Shown: positions 55,031 to 63,130 of the stretch, piece by piece
Layout of the letters: the number at the start of each line of letters is the position of its first letter
How positions within the stretch are numbered: the first letter of the stretch is position 1
Translations under genes and position numbers: made by a program
DNA from: an uncultured Candidatus Peribacteria bacterium
GTDB taxonomy: Bacteria; Patescibacteriota; Gracilibacteria; CAIRYL01
Direction: 5' to 3'
Length of the DNA: 64,000 nt
Assembly: GCA_964509985.1 (NCBI GenBank)
Contig: CAZDZQ010000010.1
Span: 6,187 to 70,186 of the forward strand
The notes under the pieces: model-generated
Databases searched by the model: none
The model's input: only the letters and a program-made list of their open reading frames with translations
Told to the model about the DNA's origin: nothing

Positions 55031-55315
55031 TTATGCTTCAGTTGGAACAACTCGAACAAATCTATCTTTGAATACTCGACCATCAAATTTAGTTTGTTTT
55101 TTTTGATAGTATTCAACTTTTCCTTCTGTAAGTGCAAAAAGCGTAAAATCTTTTCCAGTTCCTACATTCGCTCCTGCAAAATATTTATTTCCTTGTTGTC
55201 GAATAATGATATTTCCAGCAATAACTGCTTCACCTCCAAATTTCTTTACACCTCGTCGTTTACTATTACTGTCACGACCATTACTGGTAGACCCCCCTGC
55301 TTTCTTATGTGCCAT
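55031..55315 (-). CDS. rpmA: 50S ribosomal protein L27
   Basis: [29 protein letters not shown]...[15 protein letters not shown] is canonical L27. Confidence 0.9.
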   Translation of the reverse strand: MAHKKAGGSTSNGRDSNSKRRGVKKFGGEAVIAGNIIIRQQGNKYFAGANVGTGKDFTLFALTEGKVEYYQKKQTKFDGRVFKDRFVRVVPTEA

Positions 55316-55361
55316 ATTGTTTTATTAAATAATACTGAAAAGTTTTTATAAAAAAATTAAC

Positions 55362-55418
55362 AAGAAAAAAATGATGTGTCCACTGCATTGTCTCTCAAAT
55401 GCGACTCGTGTTTACATC
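55362..55418 (-). promoter_or_regulatory. terminator-like stem-loop plus U-run in the rpmA 5' leader (candidate r-protein leader/attenuator)
   Basis: Minus strand: GATGTaaaCACgagtcGCATTtgagagacAATGCaGTGgacACATC followed by ATTTTTTTC. It is unusually GC-rich for an intergenic region here and lies ~50 nt upstream of the rpmA ATG. Confidence 0.35.
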
Positions 55419-55603
55419 GTGTTATTTCTTATTTTCTTTATAACAAAACAAGTTTTGCAAATTCTATTGATAAAGTCAATTTTATTTGATACATTTTTTA
55501 TAGAATAAGTGAAAAGCATCGGATTTTATATTAAGATGCTCTCGCAAAAAGTAAGAGATATCTTATTTTTTATTTATATTCAAATATTATTTAATACATA
55601 TCT

Positions 55604-56731
55604 ATGGTAGACCCTAAACAATTTTTATCTGCAATTAAAAAAATTGCATCAGAAAAAAGTATTGACGAAGAGGTAGTTTTAGAAGCAGTTAAAAGTGCAT
55701 TTGTAGCTGCATATAAACGAGATTTTGGTTCTAAAGATTTAGAAGTAAAAGTTGAGTTAGATGAAAATTCTCCAGAATTAGCAAAAATTTATGTTTTGAA
55801 AGAAGTAGTTGATGATGGAGATGTTCTTGATGAAAATCTTGAAATTGATGAAACTTCAGCCAAAAAACATGATGATGAGGCAGAGGTTGGAGATGAATTA
55901 TATATTGAATGTACTCCTGATGGGTATGGTAGAATTGCAGCACAAAGTGCAAAACAAGTGATTTTACAAAAGATTCAAGAAGCAAGTCGAAAATCTTTAT
56001 TTGAAAAATTTAAAGACAAAGAGGGAGAAGTTGTAATTGCAAGTATAAATAGAGTGGAAGGAAATCATATTTTTGTTGATACGGAGGGAACAACTGTGAT
56101 GCTTGCTGAAAAACATCGAATTAAAAGAGAGCGATATTTCCCAGGAAAACGACTATGGTTGTATGTAGATCGGGTTGGATTATCAGCTAAAGGTCCGCAA
56201 ATTATTTTGTCTAGAACTCATAAAGCCTTGGTAAAACATATTATGGAAGTAGAAATTCCTGAAATTGCTACAGGAGAGGTTGAAATTAAAGCTGTTGCAC
56301 GAGATGCAGGTTTTCGATCAAAAATTGCAGTTTTTTCTGAAGATGAAAATGTTGACCCAGTTGGAGCATGTATTGGTCAAAGAGGTGCAAGAATTCAGCC
56401 AGTTATGGAAGAGCTTGCAGGGGAAAGGGTAGATGTTATTGAATGGAGTGCAGACCCAATTCAATTATTAACAAGAGCGTTGCAACCTGCAAAAATTGGA
56501 AAAATGTTTATTGTAAACGATGAAGATTTTAAAGATGAAGAATCTGGAAAATTTGTAAAAAAACGAGTTGCTGTTTTTGTAGAAGAAGAAGATAGAGCTA
56601 TGGCAATTGGGAAAAAAGGGCAAAATATTCGTCTTGCTACAGATTTAACAGGTTTTGAAATCGATATGTATAATTTAGATGAATATGATGCATTCATGAA
56701 ACAATTTGAAAAAATGCAAGAAGAATTATAG
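55604..56731 (+). CDS. nusA: transcription termination/antitermination factor NusA
   Basis: N-terminal domain, then an S1-like segment (GEVVIASINRVEGNHIFVD). The KH segments include RSKIAVFSEDENVDPVGACIGQRGARIQPVMEEL and AIGKKGQNIRLATDLTG. Confidence 0.9.
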   Translation: MVDPKQFLSAIKKIASEKSIDEEVVLEAVKSAFVAAYKRDFGSKDLEVKVELDENSPELAKIYVLKEVVDDGDVLDENLEIDETSAKKHDDEAEVGDELYIECTPDGYGRIAAQSAKQVILQKIQEASRKSLFEKFKDKEGEVVIASINRVEGNHIFVDTEGTTVMLAEKHRIKRERYFPGKRLWLYVDRVGLSAKGPQIILSRTHKALVKHIMEVEIPEIATGEVEIKAVARDAGFRSKIAVFSEDENVDPVGACIGQRGARIQPVMEELAGERVDVIEWSADPIQLLTRALQPAKIGKMFIVNDEDFKDEESGKFVKKRVAVFVEEEDRAMAIGKKGQNIRLATDLTGFEIDMYNLDEYDAFMKQFEKMQEEL

Positions 56732-56751
56732 GTTTATAAATTTACAAAAAA

Positions 56752-57516
56752 ATGTTAAAAGTAAAAAATTTAAAAGCATCAGTTTCAGATGATTCTGAAA
56801 AAAAAATGGATATTTTAAGAGGAATTGATTTTGATGTAAAAGCAGGGGAGTTTCATCTTATTTTAGGAGTAAATGGAAGTGGGAAATCTACATTTGGAAA
56901 AGTTTTATTGGGATCATCTCAATATAAACAAACATCTGGAAGTATAGAATTTTTTGGAGAAGAAATTTCTGAAAAACCAACATTTGAACGAGCTCAAATG
57001 GGGTTGTTTTTGTCTCATCAGTCTCCTCCTGCGTTGGAAGGGATTTCTGCAAAAGAAATTTTAAGAGCTGCAGACAAGCAAAGTGAAGATAAAAGAACTT
57101 TATTTCGTTTTAAAAAAGCATTAAAGGAAAGTTTAGATGCTTCAGGCTTGTCTCATGATTTTATTGAACGAGATTTAAATGTTGGTGCGAGTGGAGGGGA
57201 GCGAAAAAAAATGGAAATTGCGTCTTTGTTAACATTGGGTGCTCGGCTTGCTTTTCTCGATGAAATTGATTCGGGGTTAGATGTAGATGCTTTACGAATG
57301 GTTTCTGAGGGGGTTAATAAATTTTTTGAAAATAAAGAAAATGCAGTAATTTTAGTTTCTCATTCGGAAACTATTTTGAAATATGTTTCACCTACCCATG
57401 TTCATGTGTTTTGTGGTGGAAAAATTGTAGCTTCTGGGGGAATGGAAATTGCAGAAAAAATTCATAAAGACGGGTATGCAAGTGTGCAAGATTGTAAGAA
57501 TTGCATAAGTCAGTAA
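56752..57516 (+). CDS. sufC: Fe-S cluster assembly ATPase SufC
   Basis: LKVKNLKASV...ILRGIDFDVKAGEFHLILGVNGSGKST...LSHQSPPALEGIS...NVGASGGERKKMEI...LAFLDEIDSGLDVDAL. Confidence 0.8.
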   Translation: MLKVKNLKASVSDDSEKKMDILRGIDFDVKAGEFHLILGVNGSGKSTFGKVLLGSSQYKQTSGSIEFFGEEISEKPTFERAQMGLFLSHQSPPALEGISAKEILRAADKQSEDKRTLFRFKKALKESLDASGLSHDFIERDLNVGASGGERKKMEIASLLTLGARLAFLDEIDSGLDVDALRMVSEGVNKFFENKENAVILVSHSETILKYVSPTHVHVFCGGKIVASGGMEIAEKIHKDGYASVQDCKNCISQ

Positions 57517-57540
57517 TATCGTATTTTTGAATTCTTATAA

Positions 57541-57584
57541 AAAGAAATAGAGAATAAAATTTGAATTTTATTCTCTATTTCTTT
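57541..57584. terminator. bidirectional terminator, 20-bp perfect stem
   Basis: AAAGAAATAGAGAATAAAAT-TTGA-ATTTTATTCTCTATTTCTTT. It sits between convergent sufC and rnj. Confidence 0.7.
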
Positions 57585-57602
57585 TTATTGTTCTTTTTTT
57601 CT

Positions 57603-59717
57603 TTAGTTTAGTGTAACTAGCACTTGAATTACGGGTTCTCTTGCAATTTCTCGTAAAATTTCTAATTTTACTTCATATGCAATATCTTCTGTTATAATTT
57701 TTTCTGTAAGTTTTTCTGCTCCAAATTTTTGATGAAGTTTTGCAAATTTTGTTTTAACTGTATCAATAATTACGCCATTTACATTTTTATTTTCTAAAAA
57801 TCCTTCTGAGTATAATTTAGGAGAAATTTTTAATTGTTTTGTTTCTTTGCTTAATTCTAAAAGAATTGTAACCATTCCTCCTGCTGCAAGTGCAATTCTT
57901 TCATGAACTTGCTGTTCTTTTATATCCGCATGAGATTTACCGTCTACAAAAATAAGTTGTTGTTCTAATTTTTCTTTTGCTCTTCGTGCAATACCGCCTC
58001 TTATTTCTGTAATTCCACCATTTTCTAGCATTATTACATTTTTTTCTTCGTATCCGAGTTCTTTGATTGCAAGTTCTCTGTGTCCGATTCTCATGAAATA
58101 TTCTCCATGGATTGGTACAACATATTTTGATTTTAACAAAGTGTGCATCATTGTGATATCTCCTCGAAATCCGTGACCAGATGCATGAATATCAATATCT
58201 GTTTTTGTTTGAACTGTTGCTCCTTTTCTATAAATTGCATCAATTACAGAATATAGTCCTCTTTCATTTCCCGGAATTGGAGATGATGAAAATACTATGA
58301 CATCTTGAGATGAAATTTTAATATGGGGGTGTTCATCTCTAGAAATTCTAGAAAGTGCAGCAAATGGTTCTCCTTGAGATCCAGTTGTTAAAATTAAAAC
58401 TTCTTCAGGTCTATAATCGTCCACAGATTTGCCTAATTTTCGAATGGCAGATCTTGGAACTGTTATAATATTTAAGTCATGGGCAATTCGAACATTGTCA
58501 TTCATAGACCGTCCTCCTAAGAATATTTTTCGTCCATGTTTTACTGCCGCTGTAATGATAGCTTGAAGTCGTCCTATTGAGCTTGCAAATGTAGCCATAA
58601 TAATTCTTTTTTCAGAATAATCTTGAAAAAGCTGGTCAATGTTATTTGCAATAGTTTTTTCAGATGGACAATATCCTTCTCTAAGTGCATTTGTAGAATC
58701 TGCAAATGTTAAATCTACTCCTTCTTTTGCAAGTTGTGTCATTTTTGCATAATCACAATGCATACCATCAACTGGAGTAAAATCAAATTTGAAATCTCCG
58801 GTGTGAACCATAGATCCTGCTTCAGTTTTTACAAAAATACCTGTAGCATCTGGGATAGAGTGGCTTACTCTAAAATAATCAATTGTAAATTTTCCAAGTT
58901 GAAATCGAACATCTTCTCTATCTGGATTGATAGTTACAATTTTTACTTTATCTTTTAGGTCATGTTCTTCTAGTCGTTTTTCAATTAATGCTTTGGTAAG
59001 TCCTGTTGCATAAATTGTTGGAAATCCTAAATCTTCAATATAATGATGAATTCCTCCAATATGATCTAAATGACCATGTGTGATAAGAATACCTTTTATT
59101 TGATCTTTTCTTTCTAGTAAATATGACAAATCTGGAACAAGATAGTCTACTCCAGGCATATTTTCTTCTGGAAATTGAAGTCCAATATCTATTAATAAAA
59201 GTTCTTTTTCAAATTCTATAGCCATAGAATTTTTCCCAACTTCGTTTAATCCTCCAAGCGGAATAATTCGCATAGGGTTTCCTTTTGGTAATTTTTCATA
59301 CATTGGGAATTGAACAGATGATGTTTGTCTGTGAATATTTCCAAGCATTGGTCGAGGTCTTTGTTGTCTGCTTGCTGGGTATGTAGCTCCAGATTTTCGA
59401 GTAACGGGTTTTGATGGAGTGGTTGCTTTTTTTCTTTCATATTTCAATCGTCCAACATTTATTTCGGGCTTTCCATTTTTATCATAAGATGTAGAGTTTT
59501 TGTGATTTTTATTGTTTTTATTATATGTTTTTTTTGCCTGAAATTTCTTGTTAGAAGGTTTGTTTACTGCTCTTTTTTCTCCTTTAGGAACTCCTCCAAA
59601 TTTAGATGCAGGAGATGCTTCTGCTGTAGTTGTTTTCGTTGTAGAGGTTGTTGTAGAAGGTGTAGAATTGTCATTTCCTTTTGTTATTTTATTTATCCAT
59701 CCGCTTAGTTTATCCAT
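57603..59717 (-). CDS. rnj: ribonuclease J with a ~140-aa Ser/Thr/Lys/Pro-rich N-terminal extension
   Basis: The metallo-beta-lactamase motif ITHGHLDHIGG, the beta-CASP region and the HASGH block are typical of RNase J. 704 aa. Confidence 0.85.
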   Translation of the reverse strand: MDKLSGWINKITKGNDNSTPSTTTSTTKTTTAEASPASKFGGVPKGEKRAVNKPSNKKFQAKKTYNKNNKNHKNSTSYDKNGKPEINVGRLKYERKKATTPSKPVTRKSGATYPASRQQRPRPMLGNIHRQTSSVQFPMYEKLPKGNPMRIIPLGGLNEVGKNSMAIEFEKELLLIDIGLQFPEENMPGVDYLVPDLSYLLERKDQIKGILITHGHLDHIGGIHHYIEDLGFPTIYATGLTKALIEKRLEEHDLKDKVKIVTINPDREDVRFQLGKFTIDYFRVSHSIPDATGIFVKTEAGSMVHTGDFKFDFTPVDGMHCDYAKMTQLAKEGVDLTFADSTNALREGYCPSEKTIANNIDQLFQDYSEKRIIMATFASSIGRLQAIITAAVKHGRKIFLGGRSMNDNVRIAHDLNIITVPRSAIRKLGKSVDDYRPEEVLILTTGSQGEPFAALSRISRDEHPHIKISSQDVIVFSSSPIPGNERGLYSVIDAIYRKGATVQTKTDIDIHASGHGFRGDITMMHTLLKSKYVVPIHGEYFMRIGHRELAIKELGYEEKNVIMLENGGITEIRGGIARRAKEKLEQQLIFVDGKSHADIKEQQVHERIALAAGGMVTILLELSKETKQLKISPKLYSEGFLENKNVNGVIIDTVKTKFAKLHQKFGAEKLTEKIITEDIAYEVKLEILREIAREPVIQVLVTLN

Positions 59718-60104
59718 AGTTTGTAATAATAGTTATAATGTTATAAATTATTCTTTAAAAAATTTTAATTTTTATAAAATATATAAAATAGTAAACATAA
59801 TAATATTTCTTTGTAGATAATTATTATCTGTAAAGAGAATTTTCTTATGTAAAATTACTACTTCTAGTTAATGTATTTATATTAAATAGATATTATGATA
59901 ATTTAAAATTTCCTATATTTTTCTTATTTTATATTATTTATTCTCAAATATCGTGCGTATTTTTTTCTTGTATTATTTATCTGAGAATAAATAGAATAAT
60001 CTTTATATCTTAATTATTTCATATATAAAGATTAAAAACTATAGAAATTTTGTATTTTAATCAAAAGTTGTTTGATTTTTTGCAAAAAATATAGTGCATA
60101 TATA

Positions 60105-60668
60105 TTATAGGGTATCCCAAATTTCACTCATTAAAGAGTATGAAAATTGTTTTCCTGCTAAATATGTAAAAAGTTTTTGTTTAATAATATTTTGTATTTC
60201 TTGTTGAGATAAATTTATTTCAACAGAATATATATACTTTTTTTCGAGTTTTTCAAGCTTTTGCAAAAATAAAAAATTGCACATTTTTTTTTCATCTTGA
60301 TATGAAATATTTTTTTCACACATTTCAGTTGCAAGATCTGTTGATATTTTTTTTTGAATAAGTTCCTGAATAATCATATATTTCCCACGAGGCATTGCTT
60401 CTTTTCTCCATCTAATAAAATTTTCACAAAATCTGTAATCATCTAAGTACTTTTGAGATTTTAATAAATTAATAATTTCTTGTATTTTTTCTAATATTTC
60501 TTCTTTTTGTTCTTCTGTGTCTGATAAATAAATATTTTTTGTAAATTTTTTATTTTTTGTTATAAATTTTTCTTGCAGTTTTTCTTGTAATTTTTTTTCA
60601 GGAATGTCTGCACTGCTCAATTTTGCAAGTGCAAATGCATATATTTTTTGAGAAGTATTATCAAGCAT
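60105..60668 (-). CDS. recX: RecX-like regulatory protein
   Basis: The three-helix-repeat pattern with YLDDYRFCENFIRWRK resembles the RecX block (y.dD.rfa..f...r). Confidence 0.45.
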   Translation of the reverse strand: MLDNTSQKIYAFALAKLSSADIPEKKLQEKLQEKFITKNKKFTKNIYLSDTEEQKEEILEKIQEIINLLKSQKYLDDYRFCENFIRWRKEAMPRGKYMIIQELIQKKISTDLATEMCEKNISYQDEKKMCNFLFLQKLEKLEKKYIYSVEINLSQQEIQNIIKQKLFTYLAGKQFSYSLMSEIWDTL

Positions 60669-60682
60669 TTTTACAATATGAA

Positions 60683-61081
60683 TTAAATATTTTGTTGTTG
60701 CACATGAATTTCTTTTTCATCTACTTTTTTTGTTTTTGGAATAATTATTTGTAGTATTCCGTTGTGTTCGCTGGCTTTAATATTTGCGGATTCTACAATT
60801 TCTGGAAGAACAATACTTCTTGAAAATTTCCCCCAATGGCACTCTTCTATAAAATATTTTTTAGCATGATAGTGTTTTATATTATCTGGTAATTCTCGTA
60901 TTCCAGAAATAGTTAATACATCTTTTGAAAGTTGTATTTTAATTTGTTCTATGCTAATTCCAGCAAGGGGAATAAGTACAAAAATTGTATTGTCTGCTTC
61001 AAAAATATCCATTGATAATTCTACCTCTTCTTCTGAAAGAGTATGATTTTGTTTAATTCCATCAATTTTTATTTCATTCAT
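60683..61081 (-). CDS. Hsp20/alpha-crystallin small heat-shock protein
   Basis: DIFEADNTIFVLIPLAGISIEQIKIQLSKDVLTISG...GKFSRSIVLPEIVESANIKASEHNGILQIIIPK. The track ORF begins at a TTG at 61123. The ATG at 61081 lies 4 nt after the upstream gene's stop and is the more likely start. Confidence 0.8.
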   Translation of the reverse strand: MNEIKIDGIKQNHTLSEEEVELSMDIFEADNTIFVLIPLAGISIEQIKIQLSKDVLTISGIRELPDNIKHYHAKKYFIEECHWGKFSRSIVLPEIVESANIKASEHNGILQIIIPKTKKVDEKEIHVQQQNI

Positions 61082-61085
61082 GTTT

Positions 61086-62078
61086 TTATTGGTGAGAATG
61101 TAAATATTCTGATTGTAAATCAAAATGAGTTAAAATTATAGCATTTGGAAAATTTTTTTTAATTTTTTCTTCTATAATATCAGATTTCTTATGTGCTGTT
61201 AATAATAAAGTGTCGTCTGGAAATTCCAAATGAATATTGATGTGGTATTCGCTTCCAGAGCGTCGAGTTTGTAAATCGTGCCAGCCTAATATTGTTTTAT
61301 TATCTTCTGTTATTTCTTTGTTTAATATTTGTTTAATTTTTTCTATAATATCACATGATAATTTTTTATCTGTTAAAACATCAAAGCTTGAAAATAACAA
61401 ATCTTTGATATCCCATATAAGCCATAATGCAATAAAAATTCCAACAAGGCTATCAACCCAAATAATTTCAAAATAATATGAAAAAATTAGTCCAACAAGA
61501 ACTCCTGAATTCATTAATCCATCAGCAAAAAAATGAGAATGTTCAGCTTCCAAAACAAGAGATTTAGATTTTTTAGCTTGCTTTTTCATATAATATGAAA
61601 GAATAAGGGGGGTAATTATAGATATTATTACGATTATAATTCCTAATTCTTGATATTCTTGATAGGTTTGAAGTTGATTTATATTATTTTTAGAAATATC
61701 TTCTGTATAAAAAAATTCTGAAAGAATATTTAAAACAGAGTATATAAGTAAAATACTTGAAATAATGATAATAAATAAGCTCTGCAATAAGCCAGAAAAT
61801 GCTTCAAATTTACCGTGCCCAAAAGGGTATTTAAAATCTGCAGGCTTACTTGATATATTTAAAATAACTCTATTGATTGAGGTAGAAACAGCATCCATAA
61901 AACTATCAATACTGGATGCAAGCAGGGCAGGAGACCCAATTAAAAAACCTATTAAAGATTTTGCAATTACTAAAAAAATAGAAATTATCAGGCTAAAAAA
62001 TAAAAATTTTTTATTTTCAGAATGATGAATATTTGCATGATTATGAGTATTTATATGGTTATGATTGTGCGTGTGCAT
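61086..62078 (-). CDS. cation diffusion facilitator (CDF) family metal efflux transporter with a His-rich N-terminus
   Basis: MHTHNHNHINTHNHANIHHSE. Six hydrophobic helices. SIDSFMDAVS and HFFADGLMN are CDF metal-site blocks. The C-terminal cytoplasmic domain contains LQTRRSGSEYHINIHLE. Confidence 0.8.
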   Translation of the reverse strand: MHTHNHNHINTHNHANIHHSENKKFLFFSLIISIFLVIAKSLIGFLIGSPALLASSIDSFMDAVSTSINRVILNISSKPADFKYPFGHGKFEAFSGLLQSLFIIIISSILLIYSVLNILSEFFYTEDISKNNINQLQTYQEYQELGIIIVIISIITPLILSYYMKKQAKKSKSLVLEAEHSHFFADGLMNSGVLVGLIFSYYFEIIWVDSLVGIFIALWLIWDIKDLLFSSFDVLTDKKLSCDIIEKIKQILNKEITEDNKTILGWHDLQTRRSGSEYHINIHLEFPDDTLLLTAHKKSDIIEEKIKKNFPNAIILTHFDLQSEYLHSHQ

Positions 62079-62098
62079 ATTTGTACAAATTATTTAGA

Positions 62099-62872
62099 TT
62101 ATTCTGATAAAACTTTTTCCATTATTTCGTTACTAATGTCAGCATTTGAATGAACAGCTATGATATCATCATGGTCTTCTAATGCTTCGATAAGTGTGAA
62201 TATTTTTTTTGCATGTTCTGCAGTTTCTACTTTTACCATATTTTCAGCAACCATAGAAACTTTTGCAGATGCGTTATATCCTTCTTTATTAAATAATTCT
62301 TGAAGTTTATATACATCTTTTGAGTCGCAGATAATTTCAATATCATTAGTATTATTTGTGTTATCTTCTTTAATTATAACATCTTCTGCATCGTTTTCTA
62401 TTGCTAGAATTTCTACGTCTTCAGTATTTTTTGTATTTTCAAGTGTTATTTCAAGAACTCCTTTTCTATGAAACATCCATGCTACACTTCCATTTTCTCC
62501 TAAATTTCCACCATTTTTTGAAAAAGCAACTCGAACTCCTGTTACTATTCGGTTTCTATTATCGCTTAATGTTTCAACAAGCATGGCAATTCCGTCTGGT
62601 CCATATCCTTCAAAAGTAGCTTCAACAAGTGCAGCAGCAGATTTGTCTTCTCCTGTCCCTTTTTTTATAGCTCTTTCAATATTTTTATTTGGAGTATTTT
62701 CTTTTTTTGCATTTTCAATTGCAAGTCGTAAAGCAGGATTACTTTCTGGGTCTCCGCCACTTCGTGCAGCAATTGTTATTAAGTTTGCATGTTTTGTAAA
62801 AATTTTTCCTCGAGCTGCATCATTTGCTCCTTTTTTGTGTCGAATTGAGTGCCATTTTGAATGTCCAGACAT
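62099..62872 (-). CDS. YebC/PmpR-family DNA-binding regulator
   Basis: MSGHSKWHSIRHKKGANDAARGKIFTK is the canonical YebC N-terminus. 257 aa. Confidence 0.85.
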   Translation of the reverse strand: MSGHSKWHSIRHKKGANDAARGKIFTKHANLITIAARSGGDPESNPALRLAIENAKKENTPNKNIERAIKKGTGEDKSAAALVEATFEGYGPDGIAMLVETLSDNRNRIVTGVRVAFSKNGGNLGENGSVAWMFHRKGVLEITLENTKNTEDVEILAIENDAEDVIIKEDNTNNTNDIEIICDSKDVYKLQELFNKEGYNASAKVSMVAENMVKVETAEHAKKIFTLIEALEDHDDIIAVHSNADISNEIMEKVLSE

Positions 62873-63130
62873 AATTTTTTATATTAAAATATTTTGTAAA
62901 TTTATTTTATCATGAAGTTTAATTTCTTGTTAGTTTTTTTATATATATTTGTAATATTTAGAACTAAATTTTTTATTAATAATTATTAAACTTAAAATAG
63001 TTTATATGATTTTTTTATGATAAAATTTATATAAGAAAATAATACTATTAAATTTATTTCCACACGACACGAATAGACTCTGGAATATTGGAATATAAAG
63101 CAAAAAAATTTTAGGACTATAATATTTATA

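Noticed and set aside
537-55572. Shared 16-mer AGATATCTTATTTTTT upstream of the gene at 622 (537-552) and upstream of nusA (55555-55570).
   Set aside because: At this AT content, dozens of chance 16-mer matches are expected within a 64-kb window on both strands. There is no extended similarity around the match.
55512-55575. Hairpin AGCATC...GATGCT (about 55513-55540) and a weak AAGA/TCTT stem followed by a T-run upstream of nusA, as a possible nusA autoregulatory attenuator.
   Set aside because: The stems are only 4-6 bp with large loops. Similar structures are expected by chance in AT-rich spacers, and no rimP or classical leader context is present.
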